This document shows, one piece after another, positions 38,560 through 48,354 of a DNA stretch of 64,000 nt (positions are counted from its first letter, which is position 1; each line of letters opens with the position of its first letter). This DNA is from an uncultured delta proteobacterium (GTDB lineage: Bacteria > Desulfobacterota > Desulfobacteria > Desulfobacterales > SG8-13), in NCBI GenBank assembly GCA_963848135.1, contig CAWKCK010000003.1, forward strand, positions 186,001-250,000, given 5' to 3'. Below the pieces are notes generated by a model. That model worked only from the letters and a program-made list of their open reading frames with translations, did no database searches and was not told the origin of the DNA. The translations under genes were made by a program, and so were the position numbers.

Positions 38560-39708
38560 ATGGAAGTAAAAACTTTTTCAGCAGACGACCTTTTTCAATG
38601 GCTAACGACGAATGAAGACTTTTTACTCTTGGATGTCCGCAACGACACCGAATTTGGACGTTTCAAAGTCGAGGGACCCTACCCGATCGACATGATCAAT
38701 GTACCTTACATGGAATTTATCGAGCACGAGGATGAGAGCGTGGCCCGGGTTCCGGGTGGCAAGAAAATACGCATCGTTTGCGCCAAAGAAGGCTCGGCAA
38801 AATACGTCGGTGAAATACTCGTAAATCATGGTTACAAGAATGTGGCATCCATGCTATCCGGCATAAAGGCCTGGGGAAATTTGTTAGATCCGATTCGTCT
38901 TAATGATGGGGAAGATTACGAATTGTACCAGTTCCGCCGGCCAGGTAAAGCCTCGTGCAGCTATGGCCTGGTGTTCGGAAAAGAGATGATGGTTTTCGAC
39001 CCGGCCAAAAACGTGGCGGCCTACCAGGCGTTTGCCGAAGCCCGCGGACTGGCGATCACCCGGACGTTTGAAACCCATCGCCAGGCGGATTATATATCGG
39101 GCAGCGCCCAGCTTATGACGGCGACAGGGGCCAAGATAATGGCGCCCGAACCTGATTTCAGAGAAGCCCGTTTCCTATATTCGACGGTCGGTGATGGCGA
39201 GGTGTTCACATTTAGCGGTGGTGGCCCCGAAGTCAAAGTGATCCATACGCCGGGGCATACGCCGGGCAGCACGTCTTATCTGATAGACGGTCGATTTCTC
39301 ATCTCCGGTGACACGGTGTTCATCGTTTCGATCGGTCGCCCGGATCTGGGCGGTATGGTAGAGGAGTGGTCAAAAATGCTCTACCATACCATGACACGCA
39401 AAATCATACCGATGGATGACGAAATCCATGTTCTTCCGGGCCATTACATGGACTGGAGTGAAGCCGATGATCGACTGGCATTCAGCGCCCCGCTGGGAAA
39501 GATAAAATCCACCAACGCGGATATATACGGCATTGATAACGAAAAAGATTTCATCGATTTCATCAAGGAAAACATGCGGCCCCAACCGGAAGAATACGCT
39601 ACGATCCGCGAGATAAATGCCGGTCTCAAGCAGGCCGACGAAGAAGAACAGGATGTTCTCGACCTGGGTAAAAACGAGTGCGCCGCCAGCGCCCAGCCGT
39701 CTCACTGA
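38560..39708 (+). CDS. Rhodanese--MBL-fold fusion (YrkH / persulfide dioxygenase-like)
   Basis: N-terminal rhodanese (LLDVRN...IVCAKEGSA) and MBL core (ETHRQADYISG, HTPGHTPGS, SGDTVF..GRPDLGG, LPGH); ends GKNECA. Confidence 0.85.
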   Translation: MEVKTFSADDLFQWLTTNEDFLLLDVRNDTEFGRFKVEGPYPIDMINVPYMEFIEHEDESVARVPGGKKIRIVCAKEGSAKYVGEILVNHGYKNVASMLSGIKAWGNLLDPIRLNDGEDYELYQFRRPGKASCSYGLVFGKEMMVFDPAKNVAAYQAFAEARGLAITRTFETHRQADYISGSAQLMTATGAKIMAPEPDFREARFLYSTVGDGEVFTFSGGGPEVKVIHTPGHTPGSTSYLIDGRFLISGDTVFIVSIGRPDLGGMVEEWSKMLYHTMTRKIIPMDDEIHVLPGHYMDWSEADDRLAFSAPLGKIKSTNADIYGIDNEKDFIDFIKENMRPQPEEYATIREINAGLKQADEEEQDVLDLGKNECAASAQPSH

Positions 39709-40073
39709 TGTGCTGAACAGGTATGCGCCAATCGGTCGAAACCGGCGGCAGGCCATAGTTTGAGGTCATCGGATCGAATTGTCTGGGGGGAATATTCTCT
39801 TACATCCTTTACCGGAGCGAAAAGTGGTGTCAGCAGCGAAAGCGCGCACTGTCTGATTGCACGAGGCCGCGTTGGGAATGATCAGCGTCAACGCCTGCAT
39901 TCATGTTAACGTCACAGAAGCCACGCATAGTTTTAGTGGCTATTTTAACTATAGAATCCGGTCTTTCCATACACTGCCTTATGTATGCGTTTGCGCGCTT
40001 AAGTCGCTGATTACCCTTTCCACTGCAAGATTAACGATACTTCCCATTTCCTCAAATATGCTGACCCGCCGGT

Positions 40074-40484
40074 TCACATGAGACCGCGGATAATGCTCAG
40101 AAGGGGCTGTTCAAGGCTCCGCCATTTTGGATGCATGGCCTTGTCGTCGAGCCAGGTGAATTCGACCGCATCGAAGCGTTCGGGTATCACCTTTTCATCT
40201 TGCGGCCCGTATGTGGAAAGAGGATAGTACTCAACGAAAACCATACGATTGGGTTTAATATCGAAGGCTTTGGCCACACTGGTGGCGATGTGACTGACAC
40301 AGCTTTTCACGGACATGCGGCTTTCGGGAATGTCGGATGCCACCACAATAAATGGTCGCAGGTATGCCAGCCCATCGGCTCCCGTTTTCCCTAATCGTAT
40401 TATTCTCAGGCGGCATTTGCCGCTTCCTAAACGGAGCTGACCGCCAAATCCCTCCCAAACAAACACATCGTCATGGATAAGCAT
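40074..40484 (-). CDS. Hypothetical protein
   Basis: 136-aa ORF with RBS AAGGA, protein-like composition, co-oriented with the VWA and AAA genes. Confidence 0.7.
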   Translation of the reverse strand: MLIHDDVFVWEGFGGQLRLGSGKCRLRIIRLGKTGADGLAYLRPFIVVASDIPESRMSVKSCVSHIATSVAKAFDIKPNRMVFVEYYPLSTYGPQDEKVIPERFDAVEFTWLDDKAMHPKWRSLEQPLLSIIRGLM

Positions 40485-40611
40485 AATCGTTCCTTAATGG
40501 GGCCTACGCCCAAAGGGTTTTTTATTCGCGGTGCCATCCACACGGGATTGATGGCCCGACAGCGAGTCCACTACCTTGGGGCCGAGCCAGGCGGCACTAA
40601 GGTTCCCGGCA

Positions 40612-40655
40612 GCGGAGAACAACGCACCGTCGAAGAACGGCCATTTATGGACGGA
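40612..40655 (-). repeat. Partial inverted copy of the 22336 element (left arm)
   Basis: 37/44 identity by manual alignment to the reverse complement of 22341-22384, including an exact GGCCATTTATGGACGGA. Confidence 0.75.
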
Positions 40656-40700
40656 GGAACTGATTAAGAATGCACTTGATGCTTCCTATCCAGTATAAGC

Positions 40701-43502
40701 TTATCGGGTAATCGCCCCATAAATCCGCCACAACTTATCCGGCAGCTCAAGAACGTTGGCAATGACATTGTGATGGATCTCACCGTAAAGGGCGTCCAGT
40801 CTACCGTTATCTTCCGGGTTGATGTTGACAGTAATCGCATGTACATGGATGTGCCGTGATCGCAACTCGGAAATCGCACGGCGTGTATCCTCAATGGCGT
40901 ACTCCTTTTTGTAATCCAGATCGTTGGGATAACCGTCCCCGAGAACGATGAGAAGTCGAACCCGTGACAGAATGGAATCAAACTGCGACGCCGCATGCCG
41001 GATGGCCGCCCCCATACGTGTGTTTCTCTGGGGCATCATGGCATTGATCCGCTGCTGGACCGACTCATTCAGCGGTTCGGCAAAGTCCTTTATATGATAG
41101 TAATCAACGCCCAAGCGGCCGGTCCCGGAAAAACCAGCAATGGCGTATGTATCCCCAACCACTTCCAACGCCTCACTCAGCAAAACGATCGCCTCTTTCT
41201 CCACATCCAACACCCGTTCAGTTGAACCGGTGGCCGCATTGGCCGTGGAACGGGATAAATCGACAAGTAGCAATACCGCCACATCTCTGATTTCTTTAAG
41301 GCGTTTGAGGTACAGGCGCTCAGAGGGCGTTCGTCCGGCCCGTTTGTCCAGTATGAAGTCCAGCAACGCCCTGTAGTCGAACTCGTCGCCTTCAATCCAT
41401 TGCCGACAGAGCTTGAGTCCTTCGGGCTTAAGTAGTTCAAAGGAATAGCGGATGCGATTCACCAGCCCCCTGTGACGGTCAAGGGTGCTTTTGTAAAACT
41501 GATTATCATGCCCGGCAACCCGGCGGTCTCGCACGCACGTATGGCCGTTGAGGTAATCGCCCAAATTGAAATCCCACTCCCTGTACCAGGTCGCAGGGCT
41601 GGATAACTTTCCGTCATCAACCGCGACCGATCCGTTTACGACTTGTAATTCACGCAGGATGCGTTCGGTTAAATTTTCCTCCAGAGGCTGACGGCTCGGG
41701 TGCTTGTGTTCGAATTTTGCGGCTATGGGCGCGATAATTTCCGCCAGATCCTCCGTCTGCAGCACCCCTCTATTCAACTCGAGCATTTTACGGATATCGG
41801 CCCGATAGGCCTTGTAGCCGCTATCCTCCAGTGCTTTTTGGATTAATCCTGCCTTTCGATCCGTCGCCCTGCTGGCAGCAATGACCAGTTCCGGCCGCAA
41901 TCGCCGGTTGAATGGAACCCTCAATCGGCCGCCACCGTTGTCGAGGGGGGCAGTGGAGGCAATTTTTCCACATTCTACGGCCACATCGCGATAGGTCCTC
42001 AAAACCATCTCAGCGGATGCTTCGACCGGAAAGGCCGGGCCCTCAGTTCTCTCTCCGAACTCAGCCATGATGCGTTCCACGAGGTGCCAATGATCATCGC
42101 TGAGACAAACATTTGGATCGATCGCTGAATCCAGGGCAATTGCAGCGTACAGAACTGCCAAAAGTCCGTTGGCGCGACGTCCTTCCTGTTGCATAATCGG
42201 TAGATAGGCCCTTATCAGGCCCGGGTAACGCCGGCTAAGCCAACAGCGAATTCGACCGTGTTCGAAGATTGTGAAAAGATCGGTCGCAAGTCCCGGTATT
42301 GGAAAAAGCTCAAAAAAACGCTCGAGATCCGAGTGGGCTTCGGAAGAATGATCTAATGAAATGGAAGTCCAGTGGCTTTCGAATGCCGGCCAGACGGTTT
42401 GAATGCTTTGCCATCGGTCCCGCAATCGCTCAAAGTCGAAATCAAAGGTGCCGAATTCGTGACAACCAATTTCAAAACGCGACAGGCAACGGTAAAGGTC
42501 GGCGTTTTCGGATCGACGATCGAAAACCGCTATTTCATCCGGCAGGTAAATAAAATGACCATCCGAGCATGTTTCCGTCAAATGGTCGGATGGTTGCGCC
42601 GACGGGCCGACGATGGTCGAAGACGGACGAACCGAAATCGGAAGTCCCGTCCTGGCGCGTAGGTAACGATTGAGCTGCGGCTGCATTTCGTGCAGAGACA
42701 CCGCCACCCGCATATCTGTAAAAGTTTCGCAACCCTTTTGGGAATTTAGAGAAAGGAAACGCCGCGCAGACGGCTTATTATTGACAGAGAGCTTAAGGGC
42801 TTTGGAAACAAAGTCACGTAGCGCACAAGGAGATAACAGCTGAAGCCCCCTGTCCATTCCAGTAATAAAATCTTCGCTGAGATGAACGTCTACTCGCACC
42901 ACTCTTAAAAGCTGTTCAAGCTGCCAGAATCTTTTATGGGGAGCGAAATCTCGTGCGGCTTGGGGCAGTCTTCGTGAAAGATGCTGGCATTGGTTGTAGT
43001 TGAGGTCGACATTGAAGGCCTTTCTGAGAAGCTCGAGAAAGACAGCCGCCGATTTACGGTCTCCGGATTCGATCAATTCAGAAAAAGCTTCCAGCGGCTG
43101 CAAGAGGGTGTAGGTCCCCTTTGATTCCATGGTTTTAACTGCCGCCAAAAACTGATCAAGGATCGAGGAATCGCCGTCGATCAATACAGGAATCAGGTGA
43201 ATGGCCAGCAGTCGACCGACGGTGGTCCCCCTGTTACCGCCGGCTCGAACCAGGTCGCGATAACACGTGAGCATGTCGGTTTTTAAGGCCGCAAAGAGCT
43301 TTAGATACCCAGCGGCTATTGCCCGGCCGAAAGATTCCTCACGGACAATACCCCAGAGAGTCTCATCCACCAGAAGGCCGACATCCTCGACCGAAATTGG
43401 GGGCTCGACGCGCGCCAACACCTCTCGCACGGATGCAGCCAGGGTGGGATCAAGACTGTCCAAAATTTCCAGCAATTCTGCATAAGGCGTGTCAGGTCGC
43501 AT
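40701..43502 (-). CDS. NorD/CbbO-like VWA protein with a long N-terminal extension
   Basis: YREWD, LLVDLSRST (MIDAS), GFSG, NTRMGAAIRHA, LGDGYPND. Confidence 0.88.
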   Translation of the reverse strand: MRPDTPYAELLEILDSLDPTLAASVREVLARVEPPISVEDVGLLVDETLWGIVREESFGRAIAAGYLKLFAALKTDMLTCYRDLVRAGGNRGTTVGRLLAIHLIPVLIDGDSSILDQFLAAVKTMESKGTYTLLQPLEAFSELIESGDRKSAAVFLELLRKAFNVDLNYNQCQHLSRRLPQAARDFAPHKRFWQLEQLLRVVRVDVHLSEDFITGMDRGLQLLSPCALRDFVSKALKLSVNNKPSARRFLSLNSQKGCETFTDMRVAVSLHEMQPQLNRYLRARTGLPISVRPSSTIVGPSAQPSDHLTETCSDGHFIYLPDEIAVFDRRSENADLYRCLSRFEIGCHEFGTFDFDFERLRDRWQSIQTVWPAFESHWTSISLDHSSEAHSDLERFFELFPIPGLATDLFTIFEHGRIRCWLSRRYPGLIRAYLPIMQQEGRRANGLLAVLYAAIALDSAIDPNVCLSDDHWHLVERIMAEFGERTEGPAFPVEASAEMVLRTYRDVAVECGKIASTAPLDNGGGRLRVPFNRRLRPELVIAASRATDRKAGLIQKALEDSGYKAYRADIRKMLELNRGVLQTEDLAEIIAPIAAKFEHKHPSRQPLEENLTERILRELQVVNGSVAVDDGKLSSPATWYREWDFNLGDYLNGHTCVRDRRVAGHDNQFYKSTLDRHRGLVNRIRYSFELLKPEGLKLCRQWIEGDEFDYRALLDFILDKRAGRTPSERLYLKRLKEIRDVAVLLLVDLSRSTANAATGSTERVLDVEKEAIVLLSEALEVVGDTYAIAGFSGTGRLGVDYYHIKDFAEPLNESVQQRINAMMPQRNTRMGAAIRHAASQFDSILSRVRLLIVLGDGYPNDLDYKKEYAIEDTRRAISELRSRHIHVHAITVNINPEDNGRLDALYGEIHHNVIANVLELPDKLWRIYGAITR

Positions 43503-43515
43503 GAAAAAGGGGTGG

Positions 43516-44331
43516 CTAAAAATGGTCGTCGATAAGATCGATTATGGTTTCCTGCAAGCGCTGATCGTCGGTAAGCGGCCGGCAGATGGCCGCTTTGCAG
43601 GCTTCGCGTTCCGGCACACCGCGTCTGATTAACTGGGCCGCATAGATCAGAAGCCGTGTACTGGCACCTTCGGTCAAACCTTGTTCCCGAATGCGGCGGA
43701 TTTTACATGCCAGCGCGACAAGTTGCTGTGCGGTGTCAGGGGCAACGACGCCTTCGCGGGCGACGATTTCGGCTTCTTTTTCGACTTCCGGATAGTCGAA
43801 ATCAATGGCCACAAAACGCTGGCGTGTGCTTTGCTTCAGGTCCTTGAGAACGGACTGATAACCGGGATTGTAGGATATCACCAGCAGAAAGTCTGGATGC
43901 GCCGAAAGCGTTTCACCCCTTTTGTCGATGGTCAAGATTCGACGATTATCACTCAACGGGTGGATGACCACCGTGGTGTCTTTGCGAGCTTCAACAATTT
44001 CATCCAGGTAGCATATAGCTCCGATGCGGACCGCCCGGCTCAAAGGACCGTCCATCCAAACTGTTTCGTCATTTTCGAGCAAGTAACGCCCGATCAAATC
44101 CGATGCAAACAGATCTTCATGGCACGCCACTGTAATCAATGGACGCTTCAGGCGATAAGCCATATACTCAACGAAACGGGTTTTCCCACATCCGGTCGGG
44201 CCTTTGAGCATAACGGGAAGACGCGCATCAAACGCCGCCCGGAACAATTCCTCTTCCGTGTCGGCGACAAGGTAATACGGTTTTTCTTTAATTCGATGAT
44301 AATCGATATCTGCTGGTGATTGAATGGTCAT
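43516..44331 (-). CDS. CbbQ/NirQ/NorQ-family MoxR AAA+ ATPase
   Basis: [63 protein letters not shown]. Confidence 0.93.
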   Translation of the reverse strand: MTIQSPADIDYHRIKEKPYYLVADTEEELFRAAFDARLPVMLKGPTGCGKTRFVEYMAYRLKRPLITVACHEDLFASDLIGRYLLENDETVWMDGPLSRAVRIGAICYLDEIVEARKDTTVVIHPLSDNRRILTIDKRGETLSAHPDFLLVISYNPGYQSVLKDLKQSTRQRFVAIDFDYPEVEKEAEIVAREGVVAPDTAQQLVALACKIRRIREQGLTEGASTRLLIYAAQLIRRGVPEREACKAAICRPLTDDQRLQETIIDLIDDHF

Positions 44332-44439
44332 TACCTGCCCTTCCCGGAATCGGATCGTCCCTGGCGTCAGGCGATGTGAAAAACACGGGGTAAAATCCCA
44401 ATCGGGCATTGCCTGATCGCGAAAATCTGGATCATTGAA

Positions 44440-44469
44440 TTGACATTACGGTGCGGTGACCAATATAAT
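44440..44469 (+). promoter_or_regulatory. Consensus sigma70 promoter upstream of the TraB gene
   Basis: TTGACA, 18 bp spacer, TATAAT. Confidence 0.7.
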
Positions 44470-44631
44470 GTGTTTTTGGTGCTTATCGTGGTTGGCAAAA
44501 AACCTTCCATTATGCGAACGTTTTTTTCTTCAACGACACATACCGCCATTCCGTAGTGCAGAATTTATTCTTGGAACCCTGTATAAATAGAAACTCCTTA
44601 ATATAATGGAAAACAACAAGAAACAAGCCGT

Positions 44632-45777
44632 ATGATCCAACACCTTGAAATTGGCACTAAAAAAGTGACCCTGGTCGGAACGGCACATGTCTCTGAGGAG
44701 AGTGCGCGTTTGGTTTCCGAAGTTATCTCCCGTGAAAAACCGGATACCGTCTGCGTTGAACTGTGTGAATCCCGTTATCAATCGATCCGGCAGAAGGACA
44801 AATGGCAGAATACGGATATCATCAAAATAATTAGAGAAAAAAAGTCCTTCCTTTTGCTCTCCAATCTCCTACTGGCGTCGCTACAAAAAAAAATAGCCAA
44901 AAAGCTGGACATCCGTCCCGGGCAGGAAATGATACAGGCCATTGAGTCGGCCGATGACATCGGTGCCACGGTCACGCTTGCCGATCGGGACATCCGCATA
45001 ACCCTGTCACGGACATGGCGCATGATGCGATTGCTGGATAAGATAAAACTGCTTTTTCAGCTGATTCTATCCCTGGGCCAAGTAGATGATATCAGCGCCG
45101 AAGACGTCGAAAAAATGAAACAGGAAGATGTGCTGGAGACGATCCTGGCCGATGTTGGCAAATCTCTTCCTGTGGTCAGAGCCATTCTGATCGATGAACG
45201 TGATCAATACCTGACTCATAAAATAAAGAACGCGCCCGGAGAAAAAATTGTTGCCGTGGTCGGGGCCGGCCACGTTCCCGGAATCAGGAAATACTGGGAT
45301 GCTGATATCGATATCGGCCCCCTGGATACCCTACCACCTAAAAGCAGAGTCGCCGGATTTATAAAGTGGTTTTTACCTTTGAGCATTATCGGGTTGATTA
45401 TCACGGGGTTCTTTGTTGGTGGCAAGCGGACTGGAACGGACATGGTGCTCTGGTGGCTTCTGGCTAACGGACTGCTGGCCGGATTGGGTGCCGTAGCGGC
45501 TCTGGCGCATCCGCTCACGATTGCATCCTCGGTTCTGGCTGCACCCCTAACCTCGTTGAACCCGATGATTGCAGCCGGATGGGTATCGGGGATGGTTGAA
45601 GCTTTTTCTCGTAAACCCCGGGTCATTGATTTCGAAAACCTGCAGGAAGACATTCACTCCCTGCGCGGTTTCTGGAAAAACAAGGTTACCCGCGTTCTGC
45701 TGGTTGTGGTTTTCACAAACCTGGGCAGTTCCATTGGCACTTTTGTGGCCATCCCTTTAATGATGAAAGTGCTGTGA
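44632..45777 (+). CDS. TraB/GumN (pheromone-shutdown-like) family protein
   Basis: LVGTAHVS, PDTVCVELC, PGQEM, LIDERD, VAVVGAGHVPG, C-terminal TM helices. Confidence 0.92.
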   Translation: MIQHLEIGTKKVTLVGTAHVSEESARLVSEVISREKPDTVCVELCESRYQSIRQKDKWQNTDIIKIIREKKSFLLLSNLLLASLQKKIAKKLDIRPGQEMIQAIESADDIGATVTLADRDIRITLSRTWRMMRLLDKIKLLFQLILSLGQVDDISAEDVEKMKQEDVLETILADVGKSLPVVRAILIDERDQYLTHKIKNAPGEKIVAVVGAGHVPGIRKYWDADIDIGPLDTLPPKSRVAGFIKWFLPLSIIGLIITGFFVGGKRTGTDMVLWWLLANGLLAGLGAVAALAHPLTIASSVLAAPLTSLNPMIAAGWVSGMVEAFSRKPRVIDFENLQEDIHSLRGFWKNKVTRVLLVVVFTNLGSSIGTFVAIPLMMKVL

Positions 45778-45787
45778 TGATCAGGCT

Positions 45788-46543
45788 ATGCAACGGGGTT
45801 CTCACCTCTTTCTAATTACTTTGTTGGCGCCGTTGATCGCCATGTGGCTGACTACCGGCTGCACCTCTGTCGCTCAGCGCTCCCCCGTTCACAGTACGAC
45901 ACCTTCCGATAGATCACTCAGGGCAATTCACTTCACCATACAGGTCGGGGCCTTCTCTCGTATGGACAATGCTGTTCGATTGACGGAGAAACTCCAACAA
46001 AACGGTCTGAATGCCTACCATTTCCTCGATACATCTGAATTCTACAAGGTCCGCTTCGGTAATTACCGCAGCAAGCAAGACGCACGGACGGTGGCCGAAA
46101 GCCTTCGGGCCAGGAGCCTGATCGAGGTATACTATATTGTGCGCCCCCGCCAAATTCCAGCGACGACGGAATTGAGGAGGCTAATTGTTCGAACCGCCGA
46201 AAAGTATATCGGCGTCCCCTACAAGTGGGGTGGAGAATCAGCTCATGAAGGGTTTGACTGCAGCGGGTTGACCATGACCGTCTATCAGTTGAATGGACTT
46301 GATCTGCCGCGAACATCGCGGCAGCAGTGGACTGCTGGAACCCCGATTGAGCGCAATCAATTGCAGAGGGGAGACCTCGTCTTTTTTGCCACCTCGAGAG
46401 GTCGCCGGGTATCCCATGTCGGGATATATGCCGGTGAGAATAAGTTTATCCACGCACCGCGGCGAGGAAAAACGATTCGGACGACATCCCTTACGAATCC
46501 CTATTATCGCAAGCGCTATTTGGGTGCCCGCCGCTACCTGTAG
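45788..46543 (+). CDS. SPOR + NlpC/P60 peptidoglycan hydrolase (lipoprotein-like)
   Basis: TTGC lipobox-like sequence, IQVGAF...YKVRFG, PYKWGG..GFDCSGL, HVGIY, FIHA. Confidence 0.92.
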   Translation: MQRGSHLFLITLLAPLIAMWLTTGCTSVAQRSPVHSTTPSDRSLRAIHFTIQVGAFSRMDNAVRLTEKLQQNGLNAYHFLDTSEFYKVRFGNYRSKQDARTVAESLRARSLIEVYYIVRPRQIPATTELRRLIVRTAEKYIGVPYKWGGESAHEGFDCSGLTMTVYQLNGLDLPRTSRQQWTAGTPIERNQLQRGDLVFFATSRGRRVSHVGIYAGENKFIHAPRRGKTIRTTSLTNPYYRKRYLGARRYL

Positions 46544-46624
46544 CCATTGAAAAAACTGAATCGTCAGGTGGATCAAATGCGTTGTTCGCTTTTCTCATTG
46601 ACCAGTGTGCAATACTGAGCGAAC

Positions 46625-47428
46625 CTAATTTTTGGGTGGCAATACTCTAACCACTGTCCGCTCCACCGTTTGCCCACCGCGAATATCATAGGTTGCCTTT
46701 ACGGTTTTCAATCGTCCCTGAGCGAAAAGGTTGATGCAGTCCGGGTAAAGCGTCCATTCCAGTTTCAGCCCCTTCGAACGCACCGATTCAAGCGTATCGT
46801 CGTCTTCGATCGGAAATGACAACTGCCCGATAATCGGACCGGTATCTTCACCGTAATCGATGTAATGCACGGTGCACCCGGCCACTTTACAGCCAAAACG
46901 AAAAGTGTCGCCGTATCCATCGGTTCCCGCAAAAGCGGGGAGAAGGGACGGATGAATATTCATTATCTTTGATTGACCGGACAAACCGTTGACCCGGTCA
47001 ATAAAATAGGGCGTCAACGTCCGCATATAACCGGCAAGGACAAGCAGATCAAAGGGGTACGCCTCCATGGCCGCCAGTAAGCGGGCCTCTGCAACCGCTC
47101 TGGTCATCAAAAAGGCTGTCACCAATTTCTGATCCGCGGATGCCGGGAATAGCGTCTGTTTCTGGCGAAGCTCCTCCAGATTAAAATCTTGCGGCAAGTT
47201 AATCTTTGCCGTCTCAGAGCGATATTCGTGGATAATATCTCTATAGTCGACAACAAAAGTGGGAATCCCTCGTTTACGACCTCGCGCCAGCCCACTGGCT
47301 TCAGGGTTGTCAGTCCCGATGAAGGCGACACCCCCGTCAAGACGGCCGTCGTCACAGGCATCTAGTATGGCCTGAAGATTGGTGCCGGAGCCTGAAATCA
47401 AGGCGCCGATTCTGATTTTATCTGCCAT
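46625..47428 (-). CDS. purN: Phosphoribosylglycinamide formyltransferase
   Basis: ISGSGTNLQA, LAGYMR, NIHPSLLP, GCTVH..D.GEDTGPII. Confidence 0.93.
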   Translation of the reverse strand: MADKIRIGALISGSGTNLQAILDACDDGRLDGGVAFIGTDNPEASGLARGRKRGIPTFVVDYRDIIHEYRSETAKINLPQDFNLEELRQKQTLFPASADQKLVTAFLMTRAVAEARLLAAMEAYPFDLLVLAGYMRTLTPYFIDRVNGLSGQSKIMNIHPSLLPAFAGTDGYGDTFRFGCKVAGCTVHYIDYGEDTGPIIGQLSFPIEDDDTLESVRSKGLKLEWTLYPDCINLFAQGRLKTVKATYDIRGGQTVERTVVRVLPPKN

Positions 47429-47677
47429 ATCTGCAAACCTCCATTGCTATGAAATGCACTCGATAAGGGCCACTGTAGATTTTGTTCTGTTGAATGTATG
47501 AATGATTATGGTTATTCGGGTTGGGCAAAGATGCATATCTTACGGCTATTACAATAAAACAAAATACATTTCAAATGCTTACATATTCAAGTGGGTCCTG
47601 AATGACATGTTTCACAGGTTCAATCTGACAGTTTTTATGATTTGATGAAACTCCAGTGCCGATATGATTCGGGATGG

Positions 47678-47706
47678 TTGACATCCGATACAGCCGTCAC
47701 TATAAT
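47678..47706 (+). promoter_or_regulatory. Perfect-consensus sigma70 promoter of trxA
   Basis: TTGACA, 17 bp spacer, TATAAT, 34 bp upstream of the ATG. Confidence 0.85.
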
Positions 47707-47740
47707 CATGAAAATTTTCTCTCAGAAAGGACTTTTCATT

Positions 47741-48067
47741 ATGTCAGATAGTATCATGGAAATCGAGGATGGTAATTTTGAAACTGAGGTTCTGAAGTCC
47801 GACATGCCGGTGCTCGTGGACTTTTGGGCGCCCTGGTGCGGCCCGTGCAAAGCTATTGCTCCGGTGGTTGACGAACTCTCCAACAGCTTCGGCGACAAAG
47901 TTAAGTTCATGAAATGCAACGTCGACAACAGCCCTGTCACCCCCGGGAAATACGGCATCAAGGCTATTCCGACGCTGATACTGTTCAAAGGCGGTGAAGT
48001 TGTTGACCAGATAACCGGGATGGTTGCCAAATCTAAGCTGGAAGATGCCATTAAAAAGGTTTTGTAG
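47741..48067 (+). CDS. trxA: Thioredoxin
   Basis: VDFWAPWCGPCK, IPTL. Confidence 0.98.
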   Translation: MSDSIMEIEDGNFETEVLKSDMPVLVDFWAPWCGPCKAIAPVVDELSNSFGDKVKFMKCNVDNSPVTPGKYGIKAIPTLILFKGGEVVDQITGMVAKSKLEDAIKKVL

Positions 48068-48354
48068 AGAACTCTCAGCCGCAGGAACATCCGTATCAAT
48101 TCGAATATTCGGGCCAGAGGCTACAGGCCGGATTTCCATGGATACCGAAGAATAAAGACGACGCATTATTCCCCCAGTGATGCCTGTGCCGTAATGGGTC
48201 TGGGGGCATAAAACCGGCAGTTTTTGGGTCTTGTCATATAAGAGTTGTAAAAAAACCGTTTCGTTACACGATCGTTTTTTCTACAACCACTTATACCATC
48301 CTTCCGTATGTCGGAATTTATTTTTGAAAAGCAGTAAAATTCAATACAAAACCG

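Noticed and set aside
39709..40073. Small ORFs or ncRNA in the spacer between convergent genes
   Set aside because: Candidate ORFs lack an RBS or recognisable motifs, and no RNA-family signature was seen.
44458..44473. NrdR-box-like sequence GACCAATATAATGTGT
   Set aside because: It coincides with the TATAAT -10 of a consensus promoter, and no ribonucleotide reductase gene is nearby.
44632..45777. TraB as evidence of a conjugative element
   Set aside because: This is the chromosomal TraB/GumN family; there is no relaxase, T4SS, integrase or att site.
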